The notes below the pieces were generated by a model. The model ran no database searches and was not told where the DNA came from. It was given only the letters and a program-made list of their open reading frames with translations. A stretch of 63,978 nucleotides of DNA, filler included, from Choristocarpus tenellus KU-1152 (taxonomy: Eukaryota > Protista > Phaeophyceae), in NCBI GenBank assembly GCA_964200185.2. It is 10 parts of 10 records of this genome, joined end to end, with 100 filler letters (N's around TTAATTAATTAA, not from the genome) between each part and the next. Parts side by side here need not be neighbours in the genome. Positions count along the whole stretch, not along the records: positions 33,004 to 39,927 come from CAXNAD020007049.1; positions 40,028 to 42,901 come from CAXNAD020024015.1; positions 43,002 to 55,864 come from CAXNAD020001684.1; 7 more parts are not named here. One strand, 5' to 3'. The translations under genes and the position numbers were made by a program. This document shows, one piece after another, positions 37,076-49,300 of this stretch. Positions within the stretch are counted from its first letter, which is position 1. Every line of letters begins with the position of its first letter.

Positions 37076-39818
37076 GGATCCCAGAGGCAGTATCTAGCAA
37101 GGATGAATCCGAGATCCACCATACCATTGCAGAGTTGATGATCCTGGCCAATTCATCTGTTGCTGCAAAGATACTGCAATCCTTTCCCTCGTCAGCCCTG
37201 TTAAGAACTCACACTCCTCCAGAGGAGTCCAAGATAGACAACTTGCAAGAAGTTGCCAGTCTTGCAGGAGTGCCTGCAATGGTGGGAGGGAGTAAGAAAG
37301 GTTAGATCATTACCATTTATATTGCTATTGATATAGCATTATTTGCTATTATTACTATTATTATTATTATTATTATATTTCCTGTTATAACCAAGTACTT
37401 ATTTTTCCCACCATCACTATTGTTTGAGTAATCTTTTTTGTAATATTATCATTGTTCATTGCTTCTATTGTCATTTTCTACTAATGTTAACATTTTTTGC
37501 TATTGATTTTGCCGTATTTGTCGAAGAAGAAGAAACATGTTTTGTATTTAGTACAGTGATAGAGATAAGTAAAAGGTACAACTAATGTAAAAGGTGTGTA
37601 CGTGAGCTGCCTCATGATCGGAATTGAAGAATTGGTCGTGAATGACCTTTCTGGAAAGGGGAATTGGTGATCTCAAGCTCTAAACAACTGAACTTTGGGT
37701 GTATTTTATACTGTTAGTCATATTCCAACCAATGTGTACTAATTTTTCTTAATATGGACTGGGTTTGTGTCCAGATACTAGTTGTGCAAATTTGCCCACT
37801 GCCTAACCCTGACCCTAGTGCCTGAGTAACAAAATTGAAATAGAAATCAAAGAGCTGCTCCTGTAAGGAATTACTCTTCTTTTTTTTTCAATAAATCGCA
37901 CAGGTTATTGCTTGCAATAGAATAGACCTTGTAAATGCTATGTTATCTTTATATACCCCTAACCCTAAGTGCATGGCATAGTACCAACTTGCCAACTCCA
38001 CTGAAAACAATAGGGGTATTTTAGGGTTAGGGTTAGGATTGGGGTGAGAATTGAGGTCATTGTACCTTTGTTTAGGGTTAGGGTTAGGGTTAGGGTTAGG
38101 TCTGTTAATACCTTTAGAGTGAGTGAATGAACTACATTATCTTTCCTATCTTTGATGCTGAATGCGTTGTGATTATTTCTGTATTTAAAATTTTTGCACC
38201 AGAACAGTCTCCGAGCATTATTTATTGCAGCACTACCTGTCATGGAGTTAGGGTTAGGGAAGAGAGGCCTACTTCAAGTTACTTAAAACTACTCCACAGT
38301 AGGGGGTTAGGGTTAGGGTTAGGGTTTGTATTAGGGTCAGGGATTATGATTCGGAAAAAAATACACACACGAGGACACACCGATGTTGAAGGAACGCCTT
38401 CTTACCTTCCAAATGCCACTACTATTTAGATATTACTTTTTTTTATGGACTTGCTGCGAAAAGCAACGCTTGCACCAATCAAATTGCACAGTGTATGTTG
38501 CCGTTCATCGAGAGGATAACCCTAACCCTAACCCTTCACCTCATTTAACATCGGTTAGAACAGTTTGCAGGGCAGTTTGCCAGTTAGAAGAACTAGTGAG
38601 TTGGAGTACATGGAAGATCCCCTCGATCCCCTCAAGTAGCCGTGTGAAGAGTTTGACCTAAAGCATTTGAGAGGGTAGGAGTTTTGCTCTGTTTGTCCAT
38701 TTGGTGCTTTGGCCTACCATGATTTGTTTTGCCCTTCTTTTTTTTTTGTGCAAAAGCAGTTCATTACCTACAATGCATATTTTTTTTTTGTAAAGACAGT
38801 TCATTACCTACAATGCATACTTTTTTTTTGTAAAGACAGTTCATTACCTACAATGCATACTTTTTTTGTGTAAAGACAGTTCATTACCTACAATGCATAC
38901 TTTTTTTGTGTAAAGACAGTTCATTACCCTAACCCTACAATGTATACATTATGAAAGGTGTGTCTGGAGCAAGGATATTGACACTTGCTAACAAACACCA
39001 TTGCCAAAATCCATCAAAATCGCATTTTTGGATTTATGATCATGAACAGACACGACCCTACACTCTTAAATGCTTTGGGTCTTTTTGTAGGGTTATAGAG
39101 GCCTACTGATATTTTAGGGAAACCTCAGAGTGGGTTTTTTCAAGACTGCCAAAACAAATATGAAAACATGATCCGTCTTGTGCTTGTATGGCCTGCTCCT
39201 AACAGTGTTCAAACTGATGCTCAACAGGGGCAGAACTATCCCCAAACCCCAACCCTAACCCTAAATCAATCCTCAGGTGATGTGAGCAGCAATGTTGATA
39301 CCAATCAAATTGCCTGTGTGTTACAGTGTGCCAATAGAATGCCTTGATTTTCTATTGTGCGTGCCATACGAAATGCTAAGATCCAGGAGATAGACTTTGC
39401 AAGACATGATCACAAGAGAAGAAATGTGTGCTCCAATTGATTGGTCTTTGTGCTTCAGTGAACCAATGAAATCCACTCACCCTGTGTAACCGAACACACT
39501 CCCTAACCCTAACTTAGTGAATGTTTGTATCGCTGTATCACTGGCAAGAAGAAGGTCAAGAAGGTCTTGGAAGGGACACACGAGGTCAAAGGGAGACAGA
39601 TTCTCATGTGCTTAGGGTTGGGCTTAGTGAAGGAAGAAAAAAAGGACTGGACAGCATGAGATCAAGAACCAGTCAAGAGAGGGATGAAAAGGGTCAGCAG
39701 AATAGCGACCTGAAGAGTGATCTCATCAAGTCCATGGCAGTTAGAGCTATGTCTGAGGCTGCGTATGTGTCCTCTGGAGTGTTGAGCGAGTATCATGGAA
39801 AAGGATCGGGAGGTCAAG
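37076..39818 (+). CDS. RNB-domain exoribonuclease (DIS3/RRP44/RNase II family), two internal exons
   Basis: Exon ~37076-37300 encodes EIHHTIAELMILANSSVAAKILQSFPSSALLRTHTPP; exon ending at 39818 encodes DLIKSMAVRAMSEAAYVSSG. These match the RNB motifs (EFMLLAN..VA...FP..ALLRRHP.P and ATRCM..A.Y.SG) in the right order. The acceptor of the second exon is unresolved. Confidence 0.82.
38655..39081 (+). mobile_element. MITE family A variant with altered TIRs and an internal tandem array
   Basis: GACCTAAAGCATTTGAGAGGGTAGG ... CCTACACTCTTAAATGCTTTGGGTC, flanks GTTT/TTTT. Body aligns to family A on both sides of a ~40-bp x5 array at 38745-38950. Confidence 0.85.
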
Positions 39819-40027
39819 GTGTGTATCTGTCTTGGAAGGTCTTGGAACAAGGCTCCCCGACCCTAACCCTAACCCTAACCCCCTAAGTATTGTTCAGGGG
39901 GGAGTTGTTGTGGGGGTAGAGGTGACCNNNNNNNNNNNNNNNNNNNNNNNNNNNNNNNNNNNNNNNNNNNNTTAATTAATTAANNNNNNNNNNNNNNNNN
40001 NNNNNNNNNNNNNNNNNNNNNNNNNNN

Positions 40028-40244
40028 GACCAAAATCCAATGTTGCAATTTTGATGTAATTTTGACTATCATGTTTGTTAGGAGATGCCAATATCCTTGT
40101 CTGGGCACTCCTTTTCATATCGTATACATTTGACCTACTCCGAAACATTTTGGAGTAGGTAAAATGTCAATAAAAAACCATGGGAAGCCAAGCCCCACAT
40201 GGACAAACAGGACAAAATTCATACCCTCTAAGAGACTTTCACTC
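40028..40244 (-). mobile_element. MITE family A copy truncated by contig start
   Basis: Ends TACCCTCTAAGAGACTTTCACTC; hairpin CCTACTCCGAAACATTTTGGAGTAGG. Confidence 0.92.
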
Positions 40245-40389
40245 AACTTCCATACCTCTGGGCGGTGCCTTGTGGAGAGCACGGAAGGGCGTCAGTGTCG
40301 GATACGGGAGACGACCCTCCAGCATCATTGGCAGGCGCTGCTAAGGGGCTCGTCTGTCGCCACATGTCTCGTATGAATTCCGTGTGTTA

Positions 40390-41100
40390 TTAGGCGGATG
40401 ACCTTAGTGTTTCGACCTTGATCTCGTATTTTCTTATTGTGACGAACAGAAGAGGTTGAAACGTCAATGACACCCCGTCATCCAGTACTTCAACATCAGG
40501 AGCGATGCCGACGAGGATGGAGTTGTATACCTGGCGGGTGTGCTCGGTGCTAAGATCTTTCTTTAGACATTCTAGGAATGTCTTGACCTGGAGATTGGGC
40601 GTGGACTCACGTTGTCTCCGAGCCAGCACAACTCGCAGTGCTCTCGCCAATGGTGCAAACCTGCTTTTCTCATCCAATAACCAAGAGGCAAGGTCGTTCC
40701 AAGTGCGGTCGCTTCCTTCCATCTATTCTAGACCATCGTGGTTGACAAAAATGTGGAAAGGAAGAGGTCCATGAACTGGTCCGTTTTGGATTTCTTCCAC
40801 GAACGAGTGGCACTGGTCTTGGGCAGTCTCTTGAGTCCCCGTTTCCTGAGTGGGATAATTATTTAAATGAGGTTACGATATGAGTTGGTGGATTTGTTTC
40901 CCTTTGACACTTGAGTTCGATGTTGATGATGCGAACATCGGTAATGCTGCCACTTTGTTCGGACGAGGGGGCGTGCACAATATTTGGTCATGAAGTGTTT
41001 GATCGAGTAGGGCCGTGTTGGGTGATACCCAACGTTTAACACGTCGACAAGGGGTTGTTGGATACATCGAGAACTGAAACTGCCCCGGTTAGAATATCCT
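40390..41100 (-). pseudogene. Decayed ORF of unknown function, probably transposon-internal
   Basis: ORF pieces 40873-41067 and 40390-40722 lie in one frame separated by stops; no family recognised. Confidence 0.3.
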
Positions 41101-41345
41101 GAAAGGTGCGCATCGCGTATGCGGGCACTCGTGAGTCACATCAAAAAGGTTATGAATACATCCCATGAAGTATGTAGGACGAAGTGAATTGAGGTAGTTT
41201 GTCGTACGGCAGAATGCATGCTTTGATCTGATTTTTTGGAAAACGGTTGACAAATGTTTGGTGGGCGTCACCCCCGAAAATATTGGCGTATGTATGTACT
41301 ACAATTGATGTGTTCTGTCGTACGGTAAACTATTGTGTAGGATGG

Positions 41346-41604
41346 GAGTCAAAGTATCTTAGAGGGAAGGGCCGCGTCCATTCAGGGGCCGAAATCCAAT
41401 GTTGCGATTTCCATGTCATTTTATCCGTCGTCTTTGTTAGGAANNNNNNNNNNCCTTGTTCCTGACAAACCATTTCATAACATATACATATTACCTACTC
41501 CGAAACATTTCGGAGCAGGAAAAATATCACAAAAACCCCATGGGAAGCCAAGCCCCAAATGAACAAACAGGGCAAAACCCGTACCCTCTAAGATACTTTC
41601 ACTC
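41346..41604 (-). mobile_element. MITE family A copy (259 bp), perfect TSD
   Basis: ATGG|GAGTCAAAGTATCTTAGAGGG ... TACCCTCTAAGATACTTTCACTC|ATGG; about 8 mismatches to the 25521-25779 copy, excluding a 10-N gap. Confidence 0.95.
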
Positions 41605-44600
41605 ATGGGTTTTTGATGGAAGGGATACCAAACGTTTCATGTGGTTTAGGTCCATATATCCCCAGATGCACATATCATTGTTTGCGCACTTCTCTACAGG
41701 GGATATGAGATTGCGCTTGAGTTTGGAAAATCGAGGGCGATGGATTGGAGGAGTGTGCCTTCAAATATGTCGTTTTCTGGACCGCCGCAACTTTGGCCAT
41801 ACTTTGTCGTACGGTAAAGTATGGCAAAATTACATGAGGTGAGTGGATGAAGGAAGAGCGAAACATGTGCTGGCATAGTTTCGGGATTGTAAGGGTCAGG
41901 GATGGTGTTGGAGCTGAGGCACAGGGTTAGGGTTGGGACAGGTGTTAGGGTTGGGATTGGAAACAGAATCAGAAAGGAACATCGTTTATTTCCGATACAT
42001 ATCGGAGTCGACGAATCGGAGGACACGATATTCGTCGTTAGGTTCGTCCTGCTCTTGAGGGGGGGACGTGTGCGTCACCAGTTCCGAGCTATTGTGTAAC
42101 TGGTGACACCACATGCCTCTGATTTCGATGCAAATGTGTGATTTCGGAAGGATATAGTGACCATATGCTTCGCTATGTCTAGTCTTCAAGCGCTAATCCC
42201 TCGTTCCGGTAATTACAGAACGCACAGGCTACATTGGAGTGTGTCTAGCTGCGATGGAGGCCTGGTCTTACCCTTGGGATGTCCTGGGGTCTACCCCTTG
42301 AAGTCCATGAGTTCATTCCCGTTGTTAGCCAGATCCCCCAGTGGCTGACGGTTGGCCATCCTACATCTGCGGTGCGATGGTTATGGTCCTCTCGAAGAAC
42401 TGCGACAACGAATGTTCTATATTGTCGAGGCCCGTTGGTTTGTTGTTGAGTGAGTGAAGGAGTGTGGGGTTAGTTGCAAATGTGGTTTTGGCGAAAGTTT
42501 TTTGTTACGCACTATAATATAATTCAAATTGTATTAGAATATATGAAATAAAGATGCAAATTCGACGTTTTGATCCTGTTGCACAAATGACGAAATAGAG
42601 GATAGAGAGTTGTATATACAGTACCTACCCCGATTTTATATCAAATATTATGTACGAACCCATTTTTGTACCGCTTTTTTCGACATACTAAAAAAAAGAG
42701 GCTTTTGTACCGGAATTATCGTATTCGGGCGACTTGGTACAAAATCGGGGAGATATTCACGCGAGTTTGGCGCGCGCTTAAAAGTTTCTCGCGAAAAGTG
42801 CCTTTCTTCCTGAGTCATGACCACACAGCAGTACAGTACGTTGCTGGTAGAGGAATAAAGTGGAAGCCATGCCTTGTGCCACGGGAAATCTCTGCAAGAT
42901 GNNNNNNNNNNNNNNNNNNNNNNNNNNNNNNNNNNNNNNNNNNNNTTAATTAATTAANNNNNNNNNNNNNNNNNNNNNNNNNNNNNNNNNNNNNNNNNNN
43001 NCCCCTTCTGCAAACAACCTCTTTTTCCCCCCCTTTGGCCCTGCCCCCCACACACAACAACCGCCCCCCCCCCCCTCCCCTCCCCCCCCCCTCCCCCCCA
43101 CAAATCCCCAATGAATACAACCTCACCGTGCCTAGCCAACACATCTCAGGCACCCACCATGCACATAGGAGAGTATAAGACGCATACTGTGAGACACCCT
43201 CGGACACCCCCACAAACAGCAACAATAACAACGATAACCTGGGGCCATTTCAGAGCTCGAGGGGACGAACAATCACCCTTTGTTGGTTTGTGTGATAATA
43301 CTTCCAAGCAAGTCTCCCACTGTTCCCAGTATCCCTATGTGCCGTTCGATAACGCCTCCTCCATGATTCACCAGTCTGGAGCATGTAACACTTGGAACAT
43401 GGAGCGCACAAAGGCACAACATCCTACAACACCCCGTACCCCCTTCCCACCGTGCCCTGCCCTGTAGGCCAGGTCTGGGTTGCATCAGAGCCTACCTCTT
43501 CTACCCCAGAGCGACGTGCCCAGGGTTAATCCCATCTCTACCATCATCCTCCTGTCACACCTGCAAGTCTGCCACAAAAGAGTCGTGGGCCTTGGAGAGC
43601 TCCTCGTCCGAGAGCGCCGCCTCCCAGAACCCCTGCATGTCCCTCATTACCCCCTCCTTCCCACCCAAGGCCTGTGACCTCTGTAGGCGTGCACTAAGGG
43701 CCATGATATTGGTTCTCCTCCTGCTGTCTTCAATGCACCTTTTGTTGTCGTTGTTCATGGAATTGAGGGTTAGGGATACAGAGTGAGCCCGGGATGGAGT
43801 GTACCGTAGTGAGGAGGGTCTAGTTGGTGACATTGTAAGAGGGACTTGTCACCAAGGAGCAAGTTGCAAAGCTGAGATAGATGGATACTCCCATGTAGTT
43901 TACTACTGTGTAGTACTGTTTTAGAAAAAAATGTTGATAAATGTTTTTGTCAGCAGAAAGACTTGGCAGTTTTTAGTGATGATAGTTTTGTTTGATAAAT
44001 GTAGTTTTATTGGAGGCAGTGGGGTTTGATGGGTCCCCCCCCAAAAAAATACTGATCAACGTTTTCATCAGCAGAAAGACCGACTGAAATGTTTAGGAAA
44101 GCAGGTTTCAAGAGTGGAATATCAAGGTTAGGACTTGTAAGGGTGGGGTTATGGCTTGTAAAAGCTCGGCTTGTCTTTGCTTGGAATGGGTTGTAGTCAG
44201 GGATAGGAGACTTCATTTGAAAACCTTGAGAGCACTTTGCGTAGATTTGGGATTAGGATTAGGGCTGTAAGGTCAGGATACTTGAAGTTAGGATTGGGTT
44301 CAGATAAGGCATGGAGTGTTGAGACAGGTTCTTAGGATCGAGGGTCAAAAGGTTAAATAATCAACCTAGAGCATAGGGGTATGTCAGTACAGAAGTGAAA
44401 TGATGTTAACATGCAAGGTTCAGAGGAGGGCGACTAGCTTGGTGTTGGATTACAGGTGGGTCTTGGTATCAGCACCGTATGTATCTAGATAAGCAAAAAA
44501 TCAACCCATACAGGTAAGAACCTTCCATGAGGTAGGCTGCTCAGGGTTTATGTGAAGACAGGTAAAAAGTGTGATCACTATACTGATATGGATAGAGCAC

Positions 44601-46368
44601 CTTGTCCTTTTTCCCAAAGGGCTATGGCACCACGCAGCTCTGGCATTTGGACAAACAGAGAAGGACAGTACCCAGGTAACACTCTCTCATGTTGGAAATG
44701 TACTTGCAATTGCAAAGTACCATAGGTTACATAACAACAGAGATGCCTCCCCCCCAAAGCACTAAAATAAACTGTACATATTGTATACCAAAAAGGATGG
44801 CGAGCTGGACTAATTGACACAAAATCTGTTGAAATTGAAATGTACAGGAGTCTAGAAACGGCAAGAAGGAATGTATCGCACCCCAGTAGGTTTTGACCGT
44901 CCCTGGGTGTCCGTGTCATGAGAGATGGTATCATAAGTGGAACGTAACCGAGTCTACTTCTGTGTTGAAAAGAACCGATGTTCAACAACAACCCCCTTGA
45001 CTATGACCACCAGCAAGCTCAATGATTACCTCACACTTCTTCTCACCTTACACAAAAGGTAGAGATAAATCCACAGGGTAACACCTAAGGAGATGAGGCA
45101 ATCAAAACATCATTCCAGCACACAACATGCACCCTGTATGAGATCCTTACCACAGCACAATTCAAAATCCCGCGAGGCCTCCCTTTCACCTTTTGACCGT
45201 GTCTGCTATCTTGCCAAACATTGGGGAGTTTACCAACAAGAAAACGTTTCCAAAGGATGCGGGTAGGATATCCCCCTCGATCTGCTTCGTGTTGGTCGCG
45301 TTGGGACCCTCGAGCTTCTTCTTGATCTGGCTCGAAGTCTTCAAACCGAATAGGGTCTGACTTCCCCACATCACAACATTGCCCGCCGCCTGTAAACGAT
45401 ATGTCATGCTTTCGTGATCATTTGCTTATGCTGCGTATTATTACGTTTGTGCAAGTAGACTGCCCTCTCGACCAGTGATCTTTGGTGACCTTACCTTTTG
45501 CATTTAATGCAACCATCTTGGACCTACACCAAGGTTGCTTCTCCGATTCTTCCTTTTTCAGGTCAACCTTGCAATGACAACACTACTATCTTTCGCGTCT
45601 CCCACTCAATATCATACGAATGTCCACAGTTCTTATCAGGCGTGTTACTTGTACGGATGGGCCAAGGGTTAGAAGTTAACGCCATAGATCTACAATATGT
45701 ATCCCTACATATCGTGGCAACCCCTGCTTCTGGATAATGGCACTAGGCTTCCAATACCTATCAGTCGCCCTTGCACTAATCGACCTTTTACGAAAACAAC
45801 CCATTGTCTCCCTTTTTGGTCTCACCGCAGTTGCTGCCTCCTCCAGTTGGTTAGGGTTGAGCTTGTAGCTTGGGTTTTGAACACGCGTTTTTCTCCTCGC
45901 ACTCCCCGATGGTAATAATAGCAAGGTTACCACAAGGAGGAAGCATAAACTCCACGAAGGGGGCATTTTGTAAAAGGAGATCACTTCAACTCCAAGGGGG
46001 TGACAGTTTTATCGCGTACCTAGGTTGCAACTTCCCTTTTAAGTCTTTCCACAACCTTGATCAATTCGTTCGTGACAATAGACTGTTCAACACTGTGATG
46101 ATTACTAATATGGGTATTACTCCAGTCGTGATCTTCTGTGGATTCAGGGGCGCACTGAAAGCATTTAATATGTAGGATAGGTGTATAGGATGTCTGCCCA
46201 CTTGTTCATGTGTATGCCCAAAATGTCGTCCTCTGCGCCCTAGAGCGCTACAGAGCCAGCTCAGGAACCTAAATCAAATTGTTGTGTAGAGATATCTTCT
46301 ACACTTTGTTGTCGCCACTGTCCCGATTGGAGGTGCAGAGGTGTGACTTACCTGTGAGGGAAAGGTTC

Positions 46369-49300
46369 ATGGATGAATTCATGCATATTCCTAAAGGGGG
46401 AAATATGGAAGGTGGTGATGCAAAAAAGAAGAGGGAGAAGGAGAAGAAAGTGGAATGCAAAAAGTGCAGCAAGTACAAGGATATGCTGGGGAAATTGCGA
46501 GGACAGTTGGAGCCCGTCACACAGAAGTCCATTGAATTGCAGCGCTCGGCTGTAGAGCGGGAGGTGATCTTGACTGATATGTAGATCCTATCGTGGAGGA
46601 GAAGAGTGGTGACAAGAATTTTTCTTTGGTGTTAAATCGATTCCCATGCTGCTGTTCCAATATCGTTGAGTGGTTGTCAGCTCCGTCCTCACACCTGTAT
46701 GGTCGAAGCCTTGGTATCTGATGCATGAATAGATGCTTCTTTTGCGTCATGGAGACTGGAGAAATATCATTTTGGAGTTGCCTGGTAGTGTCACAACTTT
46801 GGAGTGTCTCCCAGTACACAGGCAGACTAGGTTAATACGAGCATTGCATTGTTCATTTGCTCATTCAGTAATAGAGTTTTCTCGTATTACGAGAAGCAGG
46901 GTGCTAGCACACCTATCTTTAGGATAATATCAACGCTCTACCAATAGGTTGGGAGTTTTGGCATACGTTCGGATCAAGGCGTATCCATTAAACGGTACTT
47001 CTCCCACACGTATACACGCTCTTGTTTGTGAACCCGAACAGAGTGAAGGCACACCCATTCCATGCTATGTTGGGTGTTTGTTCTTACATCCAATGTTGTA
47101 TGCTACTAGTAGAACCACAAGACTCGTTTCGGAAGGCCTAGACTAACTTGACCACCATGCATTGCTCTGCTTCTCACCTGTGAACTCAGGCAGTTATATA
47201 CACTTCATCGATCCAGATATACACGTTCCATGCTGTGTTGGGTATTTGTTCTTGCACCCAATATTATATGCTACTAGTAGAACCACAAGACTCGTTGTTT
47301 CGGAATGCCTAACCTGACTTGACCGACATGCATTGCTCTTCTTCTAACCTGTGAGCACAGGTAATTATATCAAAATTGCGGGCGGAAGTGGAGGACCTTC
47401 GAAACCAAAACCGTGATTTGCTCGAACGTCTGGAGCTCGAGTCTGCTCCTCCACCGCCCATCCTACCTCCGGGTTCCCCTACTACCAGATCCCAATCCCC
47501 AGCACGTCCCACTGGCCATACCCCCGCTACTTCTCCTCCCTCCGCCACTTCCCCTATCAATGCTTCCCAGCCCCACCAATCCCCACCGTCTTCAGAGGAT
47601 GGAAGCTCTTCATCGCCTCAATTTGTTGAGCAGCAACAGGTGCCTGATGACAACAAGGACCCCATCAGAGGAGAAGGAAGTCCCCTCAGTCCCATTCCTG
47701 AGAGGAGCCATGCTGACAGGGTCGTGGTGTCTAACAGGGAAAAAAATCATGGCCAGGGCGAGGGCCTAGTGAACAGAGGGGTCAAGATTAACAGTGGACT
47801 GACTGCTGGACAAGCACGCAAGATGGAGACTGGGACAGAGGTTGGGGAAGGATCCGACAACGAGAAGGAGGATGAGGGTTCATCACCAAAAGGGCATCGT
47901 AGATGCTCGGCTTCAAGCACCAGGGCGAGGTCCACGCCACCCCCACAAGCTAATATTGGGGTCTTTGCAGGACCTACTGCCAGCTTTATGGCCAAGCCTA
48001 CTGTTGCTGCTCCGCCTGGTGATGAGGGGACGGTGAGTGGACTTGTATCTTTCCTGCTGTTCCCTCTCCAACGAGCATGGCTTCCTCTCTGGATTTTCTT
48101 CTCTCCTGCCGTTCTGCTTTTTGAGTGCTTCTTCAGTCGCCCTCCCCTTGGTCCTGTTCTGATACGTGTTCATATGTACATACCTGTATACATATGTATA
48201 CATGGTAGGTATCTGTTGTAGTCATGTAAAAAGTTCAACATCTCAAGTTGGGAGTGTTTGTATCATTTTCCGCTAGCAGCAGTGGAATGGTTTGAGAAGT
48301 TGGCTACAGTAACCTTCACCCCGAAAATGATGGTGTTGTACTTGAAAATATAGTGCAACTTGAAATAGTGCATATATGCAGGGTATACTATGCTATTGTG
48401 TTGTATTGATATTTACATGTTGTATGTTTGGAAGAGATTACCTCCTCATGTGTTCCTATGGGTGTTAAACAATTTGAACCAGGTACAATAAAGCTGTATA
48501 ATAATGCTGTACTGCACCCTGATATGTATACATCAGTCCTGCACACAGGCAGAGTACTGCATGCTCTACCTGTGCCATGAAAAGGAGGGATTGAATATGG
48601 TGGATGAGTGATACCTTTTTTGGGGGGGTGAGGCCTGTTATGTGTCCTGATGTGATTTGTCTGCATCGATCTTTCCCCATTCATTGGTTAATAGCACCTT
48701 CATCTCAATCTCTCGAGCTTCAGATGTACTACAAAGTACTACAAAGTACTACCATATATATATATATATATATGTATTTAATCCTTGATCAAAGATAGAA
48801 GGAAAGAAAAAAAACTTGTTTTGAGAAGAGAAACTCCTTGATCCTCCTGGATTCGTTGATATGTATAATAAAAAAAAGTGGAATTAAAACTTGAAGCATA
48901 TCCTCTGTTACAGCAATATATATATATATATTTTTTATTTTTTTTTATGAAGTATGTATGCTTTCGAGTATGCCCTTGGCATGGCTGAGGTAGAGGGCTG
49001 CAGCACCTGTCCTGGCTCGGAGGGGATGGGAGGAAGTAGGTAGTAGGTAGTAGATAGAGGAGGGAGGGACAAATGGTCAAGGTGGAGAGTGACTGAAGTT
49101 CGTTAACCTTTTTATTCTCATTGTTGAAAGGCGTTAACTCTTTTGATCGATGCAGTCTGAGTGCTGTCCTCTCTCTCCCGTAGAAGTGACTCTGTGGGTA
49201 AAAGACCTTGTGATGACAATTATCGTAACGAATTATTGAACACGCAACGGAGTGCTTCCAAGCAGTAGCAGGCGTAACAACAACAACAACAACAACAACA

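Larger units (their letters stand above)
33149..39885. repeat. Cluster of about two dozen short interstitial (TTAGGG)2-5 / (CCCTAA)2-5 tracts
   Basis: Approximate starts 33149, 33754, 34319, 34436, 35257, 35429, 35579, 35625, 35673, 36377, 36528, 36728, 36929, 37802, 37958, 38021, 38072, 38248, 38305, 38518, 38927, 39241, 39501, 39860; both orientations. Confidence 0.92.

Noticed and set aside
40720-40800. HIFVNHDG as a possible Ulp1 protease His motif
   Set aside because: No HW, D or QxxxxDCG partners are visible; too short to support.
43240-46170. Several minus-strand ORF fragments
   Set aside because: Broken by stops with no recognisable motifs or consistent splice model; left unannotated.
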